From an uncultured Gammaproteobacteria bacterium (GTDB taxonomy: Bacteria; Patescibacteriota; Patescibacteriia; UBA10025; JAHIVO01), in NCBI GenBank assembly GCA_964415025.1, contig CAYPXF010000005.1, positions 1,484-65,483 on the forward strand: a DNA stretch of 64,000 bases, given 5' to 3'. The notes beneath the pieces are model-generated. The model was given only the letters and a program-made list of their open reading frames with translations. It was not told the origin of the DNA and searched no databases. Shown here one piece after another: positions 28,512-38,182 of the stretch (position 1 is the first letter of the stretch; each line of letters begins with the position of its first letter). Both the position numbers and the translations under genes were made by a program.

Positions 28512-28901
28512 ATGAATAAACAGAAGCAAACAACGAAAATACTGGTCGTCGAGGATGATAAATTTCTCGCCGGTATGTATAACACAAAGCTGGATCTCGA
28601 AGGGTTTTCCGTCATCGTGGCTAATGACGGCGAAGAAGGATTACGACTGGCTGAATCTGAAAATCCGACGATTATCCTGCTCGACATCATTTTACCGAAA
28701 ATGAGCGGGTTTGATGTGCTCAAATCGCTCAAAAAAAACGAGCAAACAAAAAAGATTCCCGTGATTTTACTGACAAACCTAGGCCAGCGCGATGACGTGA
28801 ATAAAGGGCTTGAGCTGGGCGCTGAAGATTACCTGATCAAAGCGCATTTCATGCCGTCTGAAGTTGTCGAAAAAATAAAAAAACTGGCGGGCAAAAAATA
28901 G
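28512..28901 (+). CDS. Single-domain response regulator (CheY-like receiver)
   Basis: VEDD, LLDIILP, LLTNL, YLIKAH. Confidence 0.92.
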   Translation: MNKQKQTTKILVVEDDKFLAGMYNTKLDLEGFSVIVANDGEEGLRLAESENPTIILLDIILPKMSGFDVLKSLKKNEQTKKIPVILLTNLGQRDDVNKGLELGAEDYLIKAHFMPSEVVEKIKKLAGKK

Positions 28902-28939
28902 TCTGCTAAAAACAAAGCAAATAAAAATTATACATAACC

Positions 28940-30145
28940 ATGGCCGAGTTTTTATACAAAGCACGAAACCAAGCTGGCAATGAAGTCAGCGGTGTTGTCA
29001 TGGCGCCGTCCGAAAATGTCGCCTATGGCATGCTGCGCGATAAAAACTTGTTTATTGTTTCGCTGAAGGAGAAAAAAACACTTGATATTCTGAAGGGGCT
29101 GAAGCTTTCCGGCGGCGTGAAGGCAAAAGACGTGGTAATATTTTCCCGGCAGCTGTCAGTGATGATGTCGTCTGACGTGCCGATTGTCCGGGCCCTGCGG
29201 GTGCTGATGCACCAGACTGATAATAAATACCTTAGCGAAGCGCTCGGCGACATAGCGGATGAAGTGGACGGCGGCGCCAAACTGTCCCAGGCCATGAAAA
29301 AATACCCAAAAATATTCAGTAATTTTTTCGTGCAAATGGTCCGGTCAGCGGAAACCACCGGACGTTTGGACGAAATTCTGGAGTATTTGGCAGACCAGGC
29401 GGAAAAAGACTATGACACGAGCAGCAAAGCGCGCGGTGCCATGATTTACCCGGCCTTTATCATCAGTGCCCTGGCGCTGGTCGGCGCGCTGATGATGATG
29501 TTTGTACTACCGCAGATTACCACGATTTTGACTGACAGCAACGTGGAATTGCCGATTACCACTCGGATTTTCATCGGCATCAGTGATATGCTGCGGGGGT
29601 ATTGGTGGGCCATACTGCTGGTTATCGGCGGACTATTATTTGGTTATCGCGCGGTAGTTAAAACTGCTGGCGGCCGCCGGTTTGTTGATATTGTGAAAAT
29701 CAGGATGCCGATATTCGGCCCGATATTTAATAAAACGTATTTGACGCGGTTCTCGCGTTCTTTATCCACCCTGCTTGCATCCGGTGTGACCCTGACGCGG
29801 TCGCTGGATATTGTGGCGGATGTTGTCGGCAATACGTTATATAGAGAAATTACCCAGCAAACCATAAAAGAGGTAGAGGCTGGCCGGTCGATCACCACTG
29901 TCTTTGTCCGGCAAAAGGAAGTACCACTCATGCTGGCGCAAATGATGAGCGTGGGGGAGCAGTCTGGTCAGCTGGATAAAATACTGGAAAAAATAGCTGA
30001 TTTTTACACGCGCGAGCTGGATAATTCTCTGCGTAATCTAACCACTCTGATCGAGCCGATCATCATGGTGGTGATGGGCGTGGCTGTCGGCTTCCTCGTG
30101 TCGGCAATTATTTTACCGATGTATAATTTATCTAATGCTATATAA
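28940..30145 (+). CDS. pilC: Type IV pilus platform protein PilC/GspF
   Basis: FSRQLSVM, AMIYPAF, GEQSGQLD, IEPIIMV..G..VG..AIILPMY. Confidence 0.95.
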   Translation: MAEFLYKARNQAGNEVSGVVMAPSENVAYGMLRDKNLFIVSLKEKKTLDILKGLKLSGGVKAKDVVIFSRQLSVMMSSDVPIVRALRVLMHQTDNKYLSEALGDIADEVDGGAKLSQAMKKYPKIFSNFFVQMVRSAETTGRLDEILEYLADQAEKDYDTSSKARGAMIYPAFIISALALVGALMMMFVLPQITTILTDSNVELPITTRIFIGISDMLRGYWWAILLVIGGLLFGYRAVVKTAGGRRFVDIVKIRMPIFGPIFNKTYLTRFSRSLSTLLASGVTLTRSLDIVADVVGNTLYREITQQTIKEVEAGRSITTVFVRQKEVPLMLAQMMSVGEQSGQLDKILEKIADFYTRELDNSLRNLTTLIEPIIMVVMGVAVGFLVSAIILPMYNLSNAI

Positions 30146-30173
30146 AAACCGAGGCACGAGCGCGTATTTTACT

Positions 30174-30202
30174 TTGACATTTTGCTAAAAATATGATATT
30201 AT
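30174..30202 (+). promoter_or_regulatory. Sigma70-type promoter of the major pilin
   Basis: TTGACA-17 nt-TATTAT with TG extended -10. Confidence 0.65.
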
Positions 30203-30384
30203 ATACATACATCATTGCTCTTTTACGCTCATTTATCCTAATTATTAATCCAGCGCCAGCGTACTGTCCAGTACGGAAATAATAAATAGGCACGGATCAG
30301 TTACCGGATCCGTGATCTGTGAATATATTATTATTTCTTTTCACGGCAACGTTTTCGTTGGAATATTTGGAAGGGGGTGAATTC

Positions 30385-30837
30385 ATGAAACGAAAAGGTT
30401 TTACACTCATTGAATTATTGGTTGTTATTGCCATTATCGGTATTTTGGCCACGATTGGTCTGGTCGCCCTGAACGGTGCCCGGGAAAAAGCTCGTGATGC
30501 CACCAGAAAATCTGACCTCGGTCAGATTCGTACTGGTTTAGTATTGTATTCTGATGATTATGGCAGCACCTATCCAAATACCAGCGGCGTAGCTTCTACT
30601 GCATTAAGCGCATTGGCGCCTACATATATCACTCGTGTTCCGGACGATCCACAAAGCCCAACTCGTGATTATTATTACGCATCATGTGGTAGCGGCATAG
30701 CATCACCATTTTATGTGTTGTATGCTCAATTAGAATCACCAGAGGCTAGCGGCCATTATTATTGGATAATGGGTGATGGTACTTCAGACGATGATTACAC
30801 AACTGGTGTACCAAGTTGTACTTCAACACCAGATTAG
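30385..30837 (+). CDS. Type IV pilin, probably the major pilin
   Basis: MKRKG/FTLIELLVVIAIIGILA class III signal; strong SD (AAGGGGGTGA); own promoter and terminator; C-terminal Cys pair. Confidence 0.9.
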   Translation: MKRKGFTLIELLVVIAIIGILATIGLVALNGAREKARDATRKSDLGQIRTGLVLYSDDYGSTYPNTSGVASTALSALAPTYITRVPDDPQSPTRDYYYASCGSGIASPFYVLYAQLESPEASGHYYWIMGDGTSDDDYTTGVPSCTSTPD

Positions 30838-30855
30838 TAGATAATACTAATATAC

Positions 30856-30890
30856 AAAAGCGCTTCTTGTTGTAGGGGCGCTTTTTGTTT
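30856..30890 (+). terminator. Intrinsic terminator after the pilin
   Basis: aaaagcgcttct-tgttgt-aggggcgctttttgtttt. Confidence 0.75.
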
Positions 30891-30920
30891 TATATATAGT
30901 TCGCAGTAAAGGATAATGGG

Positions 30921-31075
30921 TGGTATTTTGTAGTATGACTTACGCGGTTAAACTTTCAATTGTACCGAACGAGGGGAGCCCAGGCGAAAGCCTGCATAGG
31001 CTATCTTGTTATCAGTACACGCTTTCGCGTGGTCTCCAAGCGGACCGCGTAAGCCGTGTGTTGTCTTGAGTATTT
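30921..31075 (+). ncRNA. Candidate rod-shaped structured RNA (6S RNA-like); strand uncertain
   Basis: Outer stem cttacgcggt (30939-48) / accgcgtaag (31044-53), central bubble, inner stem closed by caggc-GAAA-gcctg; G-U pairing favours + strand; GATAAT at 30912-17. Confidence 0.5.
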
Positions 31076-31182
31076 CTATTTTAGAAACAAACAACTGTGT
31101 AGGAGAACGGTTTTGATTATCAAAAAAAACAATAACCTCCTTCTCATTGCTCGAAGGCGACTTCTTTTGTTATAATAAAAAT

Positions 31183-32169
31183 ATGATTGACACATCCATC
31201 ATCATCCTTAACTGGAATGGTCGCGAGCATTTGGAGACGTGCTTACAATCCGTGTTATCGCAGTCGTATAAACAATTCCGCGTGATTGTAGTAGATAATG
31301 GTTCTGATGATGGGTCTGTTGATTTTGTGAAAAAAAACTATCCTGATATTGAAATTATAATAAATAATAAAAACCTGGGATTTGCCGAGGGGAATAATAT
31401 TGGCATCAGAAGGGTGCTGAAGGATAAAAATATTCGATTTATTGCCACACTGAATAATGATACAGAAGTTAAAGTTGATTGGTTAGAAGCGTTAATTACG
31501 TTAATCAAGACTGACGATAACATTGGGGCAGTATCAAGTAAAATGCTATGGTTTGATAAGCGCGATGTGATAGATTCTACCGGTGATTATTTCTTACCGA
31601 GAACGCTGAAAGTGGTCACCCGCGGGTATAAGGAAAAAGACACCGGCCAATATGACAGGGAAGAGGAATGTTTGGCGGCCCGGGCCGGAGCGGCGCTGTA
31701 CCGGCGGGACATGCTGGAGGATATCCGGCTGGGGACTGATTTTTTTGACAAGAAGTTTTTCGCGTATATCGAGGATATAGACCTGTCCATCCGAGCCCGA
31801 TTGCGCGGCTGGAAAATCATGTACGCGCCGCACGCCGTGGTCTACCATAAGGTAGCGGCCACGACCAAACGGATTTCCTACGTGTTCCGCCGTTACCAGT
31901 CAGGCCGCAACCGGATATTTGCCGCAATTAAGAATTATCCAATTCACTGGTGGCCATTTGTATGGCGCGGACGGGAGTCGGTGGACAGCGATTACCGATT
32001 AGGTACTGGAGAAAATCTGAAATTATATTTAAAAATAGTAGGTTCTCTCATAGTAAACATGCCGCGCTTGCTGATCCAGCGGAATATTATCCAGGAGCGG
32101 AAAACTATTACCTATCAGGAGATGAAAAAATGGCGGGAGCAGTTAGTTGTCCACCGTAAACAGGACTGA
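31183..32169 (+). CDS. Glycosyltransferase family 2
   Basis: IILNWNG, VVDNGS.DGS, NLGFAEGNNIG, LNNDT, FFAYIEDIDLS.RA. Confidence 0.93.
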   Translation: MIDTSIIILNWNGREHLETCLQSVLSQSYKQFRVIVVDNGSDDGSVDFVKKNYPDIEIIINNKNLGFAEGNNIGIRRVLKDKNIRFIATLNNDTEVKVDWLEALITLIKTDDNIGAVSSKMLWFDKRDVIDSTGDYFLPRTLKVVTRGYKEKDTGQYDREEECLAARAGAALYRRDMLEDIRLGTDFFDKKFFAYIEDIDLSIRARLRGWKIMYAPHAVVYHKVAATTKRISYVFRRYQSGRNRIFAAIKNYPIHWWPFVWRGRESVDSDYRLGTGENLKLYLKIVGSLIVNMPRLLIQRNIIQERKTITYQEMKKWREQLVVHRKQD

Positions 32170-32240
32170 ATAGTCTTTTTTTGCTTTTGGTTGGTGTCTG
32201 TACAGTGGAGAAGACTATTTTTTTTTGCTATACTATTTGT

Positions 32241-34229
32241 ATGATTCTCGACCGGATTTCCGAACAAATAAATTCGTTTCGCCGCAATGTAATCGTGGGA
32301 ATTTTTTTATTTTTAGTCGTGTTTAGCTCACTTTTTTCCGGTGAATGGAATAACTGGGTCGTGAGCGTCCTGCTCATCCTGTCGTTCCCGCTGGTGTTTT
32401 TCATGATCATGGTCATCCGGGACGCGGCGCATAAACCGATACTTCGGTTTTCAGCCAGGTCACCGCTACTATATCTCATACTTTTCCTGCTGGTGGCTGT
32501 CATCAGCGGATTGTTTTTTTCTAGTGCTCCGCTGGCCAGTTTGCACCAGGCCAGCCAGTTGATGGGCTATGCTATTATTTTTCTGGTGGCCGGATTAATA
32601 CTGCGTGATTTTGGCCGGATCAAATTCATGAGCTGGATTATATTCAGTACCGGTGTACTGGCTGCGGTTATTAATATCATTCTGTTTGCCACAGATCCTA
32701 CAGTCCGGGCCGGCGGATTACTGCTCAATGCCAATGCCCTGGGCAGTTATGTATTGTTTAGCCTAGGACTCGGCATTACCCTGCTTCTCAAACCAACGCA
32801 AAAAAAAACAAAAGTACTTGTACTTGGAGGGACCGGCCTTATCGGATTAAGTTTTTTGCTCACGTTTTCCTATACTGGCTGGGTTAGTTTTATCCTGCCG
32901 CTCTTGATATATGCTTTTGCTTTTAAAACACAGCTTTTTCAGAGAAAAAAGGTTATCAGTTTTATTCTGGTGGTTATCACCGTTGTTGCCGCGGCGATTG
33001 GATTCCGCTATATGAGTACTGGTAATTTCAGCCAGGCCGTGCAGCTGCATAAAACAATCACTGCTGAAGCAGCGCAAACAAGTTTTTCCCAGCGATGGAA
33101 TTTTGTTATTTCATCTGGCGAAATATTTCTGGATAATCCGGTTATTGGGACGGGGCTGAATACATTCCAAAATATTTATCCGCAATACGCGCATACGCTG
33201 ATAGAACAGCCGCGGTACGCGCATAACTACTATTTGCAAACCGCGGCCGAGCTCGGGATATTCGGTTTCGCGGCTTTTACCGGGTTTGTGGTCCTGCTGC
33301 TACGGACCAGCTACCGGGTTATGAAAAGGGCTTTCCCAGATCCAGAAAAGCGGTATTATCTTACCGGGCTCGGATTAGGGCTGCTGGCTTCATGTATTCA
33401 CGCGGCGGTGGATTTTGGCTGGCGGTTTCCCGGTGTTTTTATCCTATTTTGGTTAATTGGCGGCATGTTCTGGGGACAGTCACTGCCGGTAGTATCGAGT
33501 GACCAGGCCAAGCCAAAGCGCAGTACGGTTAAAAATATCGCGACCGGCCTATTGCTGTTGATTGGTTTGGCGCTGTTAGTACGAGGCGTCACGTTATTTA
33601 TGAGTCAGGCGTATTTTGATAAAGGTCAGCGTGCAGCAGATCGTGATGAGCGGATAACAGCTCTGGCCGCTTATGAACAGGCGATACTGTTCAATCCATT
33701 GTCTGATACTGTCCGGGCCTATGCTGACATGGTTATTAACCAGCCGCCGCTTGATACTGCTGAACGACAAAATGCGTACACACAGGCAGAGACGTATTTA
33801 TTAGAATTCCGCAGCCGTAATACGATTGATTATTTTATTCCGTCGTCACTCGGCAGACTTCATATCGTGCTGGATGAGTATGATGATGCCGCGGCCTATT
33901 ACCAGGAGGCGATTTCCCTGGATCCGGTATTTCATCCCCGTTTTTACTATGACCTGGCGTTTATTTATTTTCAGCAAGGGGAGTATGAGAAAGTTTTCAG
34001 TACTACCTCTGGGATTATAGATACGTACGAAGGTATTGCCCGGACTTCAAATCCAAATCTGCCCCGGGATCTGGCTTTTCTCCACGCCCTCCGGGCTGAA
34101 GCTCATCTGGAACAGGGCGATACACAGGCCGCCATCGCGGAGTATATGAACGCGCTGGAACGCGAACCAGAATTTAGTATAGCTATCGAGGCATTAGCCG
34201 AACTGACTGGTGAATCAGGCAGTGAGTAG
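32241..34229 (+). CDS. O-antigen ligase-like (Wzy_C) oligosaccharyltransferase with C-terminal TPRs; likely pilin glycosylation
   Basis: Multi-TM; NANALG, TFSYTGW, NPVIGTGLNTF, AHNYYLQ.AAELGI, H..VDF; TPR-like helices; located within the pilin cluster. Confidence 0.8.
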   Translation: MILDRISEQINSFRRNVIVGIFLFLVVFSSLFSGEWNNWVVSVLLILSFPLVFFMIMVIRDAAHKPILRFSARSPLLYLILFLLVAVISGLFFSSAPLASLHQASQLMGYAIIFLVAGLILRDFGRIKFMSWIIFSTGVLAAVINIILFATDPTVRAGGLLLNANALGSYVLFSLGLGITLLLKPTQKKTKVLVLGGTGLIGLSFLLTFSYTGWVSFILPLLIYAFAFKTQLFQRKKVISFILVVITVVAAAIGFRYMSTGNFSQAVQLHKTITAEAAQTSFSQRWNFVISSGEIFLDNPVIGTGLNTFQNIYPQYAHTLIEQPRYAHNYYLQTAAELGIFGFAAFTGFVVLLLRTSYRVMKRAFPDPEKRYYLTGLGLGLLASCIHAAVDFGWRFPGVFILFWLIGGMFWGQSLPVVSSDQAKPKRSTVKNIATGLLLLIGLALLVRGVTLFMSQAYFDKGQRAADRDERITALAAYEQAILFNPLSDTVRAYADMVINQPPLDTAERQNAYTQAETYLLEFRSRNTIDYFIPSSLGRLHIVLDEYDDAAAYYQEAISLDPVFHPRFYYDLAFIYFQQGEYEKVFSTTSGIIDTYEGIARTSNPNLPRDLAFLHALRAEAHLEQGDTQAAIAEYMNALEREPEFSIAIEALAELTGESGSE

Positions 34230-34278
34230 CCTACTATGTCAGCCTGTGATACAATAGTATTGAGTATATATTGAGGAT

Positions 34279-34761
34279 ATGAAACGAGGTTTTACATTAG
34301 TTGAACTGCTTATCACTATTTCCATCATTGGCATTTTGGCCGTACTGGGATTAGTGAGCCTGCAGGGTGCCCGTGCTTCGGCCAGGGATTCGCGCCGCAT
34401 TTCTGATCTGGCGCAGCTACGGCTCGGCTTAATGCTGTACTATGATGACCACCAACAATTTCCCATGCCGGTAGCCAACGGCCATGACGGACCAGACACC
34501 AGCGTCAGTACCACGACCGGAACAATTTTTTCGGATACTGACAATCCCCTGTATCCCAGGTATTTGAGCGCTCCGTTTGTAGATCCAAATAATAATGGCG
34601 CAACCGGCCACTATTATTACTATGATACTAACCAAAATACCGGGCATAATAATTATGTCTTGTGTTTTCATAAAGAAGGAGATGATCAACGATGGTTTTA
34701 TTTTTATTCTACCGGGATTTACGGCGAAGGGGATGCGTGCCCCACATTACCCGGCAGCTAA
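34279..34761 (+). CDS. Minor type IV pilin
   Basis: MKRG/FTLVELLITISIIGILA..ARDSRR.SDL. Confidence 0.9.
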   Translation: MKRGFTLVELLITISIIGILAVLGLVSLQGARASARDSRRISDLAQLRLGLMLYYDDHQQFPMPVANGHDGPDTSVSTTTGTIFSDTDNPLYPRYLSAPFVDPNNNGATGHYYYYDTNQNTGHNNYVLCFHKEGDDQRWFYFYSTGIYGEGDACPTLPGS

Positions 34762-34775
34762 TATAGCGCACACCT

Positions 34776-35195
34776 ATGTTTAAATCAGAACACGGCTTAT
34801 CGCTAATCCAAATCCTCATCCTGGTGGCTGTGTTTGGTTTACTGATCGGCGGCGGGTTTTTATTGCTTAATAATGAAAAAGCCAAGACCAGGGATGCTAA
34901 GCGGCTATCTGATATTACCAGAATTCAGGCCGCGTTTGAATTTCTGTACAATCAAACAGCCAGTTATACCGCGGCCGCGCAGGACGGGTGCGATCAAGCC
35001 GGTATGCTGGCAAGCCAATGTAATTTAAGCGCATATATCCCGGCCATCAGGCAGTTCCGTGATCCGGGCAAGTATCAGTATGTAGTCACTACGGTGCCGG
35101 GCGATGATGCCTATGCCGTCACCTTTCAGCTGGAAAAGGAATACTATAATCTGACGGCAGGCCAGCACGTGCTGACCCAGGACGGGATACAGTAA
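34776..35195 (+). CDS. Minor pilin-like protein (non-canonical +5 residue)
   Basis: HG/LSLIQIL (Q instead of E5), ..KTRDAKRLSDI. Confidence 0.75.
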   Translation: MFKSEHGLSLIQILILVAVFGLLIGGGFLLLNNEKAKTRDAKRLSDITRIQAAFEFLYNQTASYTAAAQDGCDQAGMLASQCNLSAYIPAIRQFRDPGKYQYVVTTVPGDDAYAVTFQLEKEYYNLTAGQHVLTQDGIQ

Positions 35196-35331
35196 GAGGG
35201 CTTTAGTTGTTGGTTTTTTGGTGTTAGTTATCTTATTCGTTTTTGGTTGTTAGCATTGGACTGGAATGATCAGGATATGAGCCTCTCAACATGTTCCCAA
35301 ACAGGGTGTTTTTTGGTATACTAGAGGGACT

Positions 35332-36084
35332 ATGATAGGTTTTTTGGTGTTTGTTTTTGGACTGGTCATCGGCAGTTTTCTAAACGCGGTGATTTATCGT
35401 ATTCATGCCCGGGTCAGTTTTCTCCGCGGGCACTCGTTTTGTCCGGGCTGCCGTCATGACCTGCATGCGGCAGATTTGATACCGGTGTTCAGCTTCCTCT
35501 GGCAGCGCGGTAAGTGCCGATACTGCCACCAGCCTATTTCCTGGCAATACCCGCTCGTAGAAACAGCGACCGCGCTGATATTTTTTATGCTTTACGTGCA
35601 GTTTGGTTTGAGCGCGCAGTTTTTCGTGTATCTGGTTTATGCGGGATTTTTGATAGTTTTGTTTGTGTATGACCTGCGGTATTATCTCATTCCTGATCGG
35701 GTTTCCCTGCCGGGTATTATCGTCGCCTTTATCCTGTCATATTTTATCCTGGATATCGGCATTTTTAGCCTGATGGCCGGTACGCTGATCGGCGGCGGGT
35801 TTTTCCTGCTGCAATACGCGGTTTCCCGGGGCAGATGGATCGGCGGCGGCGACATCAGGCTGGGCGCGCTTATGGGCATGATGCTGGGCTGGCCGCAGGT
35901 AGTCGCTGCCCTGTTTATCGCGTATGTGACCGGTTCGATCGTGGGTATTTTTCTGATTGTATTGCGACAGAAAAAATGGCAGAGCCAGGTGCCGTTTGGC
36001 ACTTTTTTAACCGGGGCTACTGTGGTTACGTTTTTTTTCGGACCGCAGATAATTGATTTTTACCGGGATTTATTTTTGTTATGA
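35332..36084 (+). CDS. pilD: Prepilin peptidase PilD
   Basis: GSFLNAVIYR, S.CP.C, GKCRYC..PISWQYPLVE, YDLR, GGGDIRL, VPFG.FL. Confidence 0.95.
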   Translation: MIGFLVFVFGLVIGSFLNAVIYRIHARVSFLRGHSFCPGCRHDLHAADLIPVFSFLWQRGKCRYCHQPISWQYPLVETATALIFFMLYVQFGLSAQFFVYLVYAGFLIVLFVYDLRYYLIPDRVSLPGIIVAFILSYFILDIGIFSLMAGTLIGGGFFLLQYAVSRGRWIGGGDIRLGALMGMMLGWPQVVAALFIAYVTGSIVGIFLIVLRQKKWQSQVPFGTFLTGATVVTFFFGPQIIDFYRDLFLL

Positions 36085-36767
36085 AATACCGAACCGGATT
36101 TACCCTAACCGAACTGCTCATCTCTATCAGCATATTATCCCTGCTGACGATCATTATCATGGCAAACTTCCAGCACGGCCGGCGGGTGCAGGAATTGCGC
36201 CGGGCCGGCACCGAGCTGTCTCAGAATTTCCGGCTGGCCCAGAGCTATACTATCGGCGGCAATAGCGTTAATTTTTGCGATGTAAACAGCGATGATGATG
36301 CGTACCATCCGTGTATCAATGATGCAGCATGTGATGCAGGCAATGGCGAGTGTATTAATTCAGTGCCGCCAGGCGGGTATGGCATCCATCTCGGCTCTCC
36401 GTCAAGTTATAAATTATTCGGCGATACAGTCGACGATAATATATATGACACTGATCAGACTGATTACCTTGTCTTGGATAAATATTATACTGACCAGGGA
36501 ATTTCCTTTGTCCAATACAAATTAGGCGATGAAGCCGCGGTCGTGCCATCAGCCAGTGAATACCTAGATATAGTTTTTGAGCCGCCGGTAGGCACGATTA
36601 CCTTTTATCACAATGGCATCGAAGCAACCGACACTAGCACTGGACAGCTTATCAATGTAGCGCGCATATTAGTCGCCAGCAGTTTTGTGGATGAGCAATG
36701 CCGGACAATTACTATTAACAGGGTCTCTGGCCAGGTCAGCGAAGATCAGAGCGCCTGCAGTCTATAA
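36081..36767 (+). CDS. Minor pilin (FimT/FimU-like)
   Basis: TG/FTLTELLISISI, R.AQS, GGYGIH; Cys-rich insert. Confidence 0.8.
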   Translation: MKYRTGFTLTELLISISILSLLTIIIMANFQHGRRVQELRRAGTELSQNFRLAQSYTIGGNSVNFCDVNSDDDAYHPCINDAACDAGNGECINSVPPGGYGIHLGSPSSYKLFGDTVDDNIYDTDQTDYLVLDKYYTDQGISFVQYKLGDEAAVVPSASEYLDIVFEPPVGTITFYHNGIEATDTSTGQLINVARILVASSFVDEQCRTITINRVSGQVSEDQSACSL

Positions 36768-36770
36768 CGT

Positions 36771-37385
36771 ATGCGTATATATAAAGATAACCGAGGACAA
36801 AGTTTAGTGGAGCTGTTAGTCGCCCTGTTTATTTTAATTGTTGCCATCACCGCTACCATTGTTTTGATCGTGACCAGTATCAATGCCGGCCGGGACAGCC
36901 GCGACAAACTGGTCGGTACTAATCTGGCCCGCGAAGCGCTGGAAATAGTGCGCAATATCCGTGACAGCAATTGGACTGATCCGACTGCTGCTGACTGGCA
37001 CGAAGGGCTGACCGGCGGTAACACGGCCGTGCCGATTATCGATGGTGCGAGTGCATTCAGTCTTGATTTTACGGTAAGTGATTTTACCGATACCACGTGG
37101 ACCAGACTGCGGGAAACAGGCGGAGCGTTTGTACAGGATAGTGCTGATACCGGGAATTCCAGGTATTACCGCATGCTGTATATTAATCCAATCTGCCGGG
37201 ACGCGGCTGGTGATGACAATATTGCCACTGATTTGGATAATACTGATGCCTGCGGTAATGGGGTTCATACTGGCTATCCCCAGGAAGTTGGTCTGCGCGT
37301 CATAGCTGAAGTGCGGTATCCCAGCGCTGATTCTGATAAAAAAGTGCAGCTCGAGGAGCGGCTGTATGATTGGCAAGTTTTATAA
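36771..37385 (+). CDS. Minor pilin (PilV-like)
   Basis: RG/QSLVELLVAL, NLAREALEIVRNIRDSNW, LYDW. Confidence 0.8.
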   Translation: MRIYKDNRGQSLVELLVALFILIVAITATIVLIVTSINAGRDSRDKLVGTNLAREALEIVRNIRDSNWTDPTAADWHEGLTGGNTAVPIIDGASAFSLDFTVSDFTDTTWTRLRETGGAFVQDSADTGNSRYYRMLYINPICRDAAGDDNIATDLDNTDACGNGVHTGYPQEVGLRVIAEVRYPSADSDKKVQLEERLYDWQVL

Positions 37386-37450
37386 ACAATTACCAATTTT
37401 CAATCAACAATTTCCAAGTAAGCCCCAATTTCTAATGTTCTAATACTCAA

Positions 37451-38182
37451 ATGAATTTTTCTAGGAATAATAAAGGATTTACCTTGATCGAGATGCTGAT
37501 CGCGCTGTCGATTTTTATTCTGGTCATGCTGGCCGGAGTCAATGTCTACTTCGTCATCAGCACGGCCCAGCACCGGACCGTGGCCCTGCAAAAAGTGCAG
37601 GATGACGTGCGGTATTTGTACGAGGCCATGGCCCAGGAAATCAGGCTCGGCACTATCAATTATACTTTTTACGATACAGAGAACATCAGCCTGCATCCGA
37701 ACATAAGCGGCGATGGAATAACTTCAATACTAGCACTCCAGGACCAGTTACATGTGCCGGTGTATTACCGTTTGCAGGGGACAGCGGTGCAATACTGCCG
37801 GGTAGACGATAGCGCTAGTATTGACTGTGATCTGACTGATCATGACCAGTGGCAAAATGTGACGCCCTCCGGGGTCGAGGTTACGAGCCTGGGATTTTTC
37901 ATCACCCCAAGTGCTGATCCGTTTGTTAATGCCGGAGAAGCGGTTGATTGTTCGAGCGGAGGACAAGCTGATTGCGATGTCTCATACCGCTGCGATGCCG
38001 GCGCAACCAACACTTGCTTATACTACAGTGACGGAAATAATTTTCAACCAAAAGTACAGATGCAGCTGACGGCCCGGGCGCTTGATAGCCGCATACCAGA
38101 GGAATCGCGCACGCTTCATTTCCAGACAATGGTTTCATCCAGAATTTTTCAGGGCCAAATCCAAAACAATAATTATGAGTAA
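37451..38182 (+). CDS. Minor pilin (PilW-like)
   Basis: KG/FTLIEMLIAL, EIRLG, QPKV, QT.VSSR. Confidence 0.8.
   Translation: MNFSRNNKGFTLIEMLIALSIFILVMLAGVNVYFVISTAQHRTVALQKVQDDVRYLYEAMAQEIRLGTINYTFYDTENISLHPNISGDGITSILALQDQLHVPVYYRLQGTAVQYCRVDDSASIDCDLTDHDQWQNVTPSGVEVTSLGFFITPSADPFVNAGEAVDCSSGGQADCDVSYRCDAGATNTCLYYSDGNNFQPKVQMQLTARALDSRIPEESRTLHFQTMVSSRIFQGQIQNNNYE

Noticed and set aside
30319-30384. Extended pilin start in the ORF track; likewise starts at 11780, 31147, 32181, 38082, 43548 and 59313
   Set aside because: Downstream ATGs fit SD or -10 positions, gene coupling and signal peptides better.
30921-31075. SRP RNA (ffs)
   Set aside because: It has a GNRA-capped stem but lacks the CAGG..GGAA..AGCA internal-loop signature; CAGG is fully paired here.
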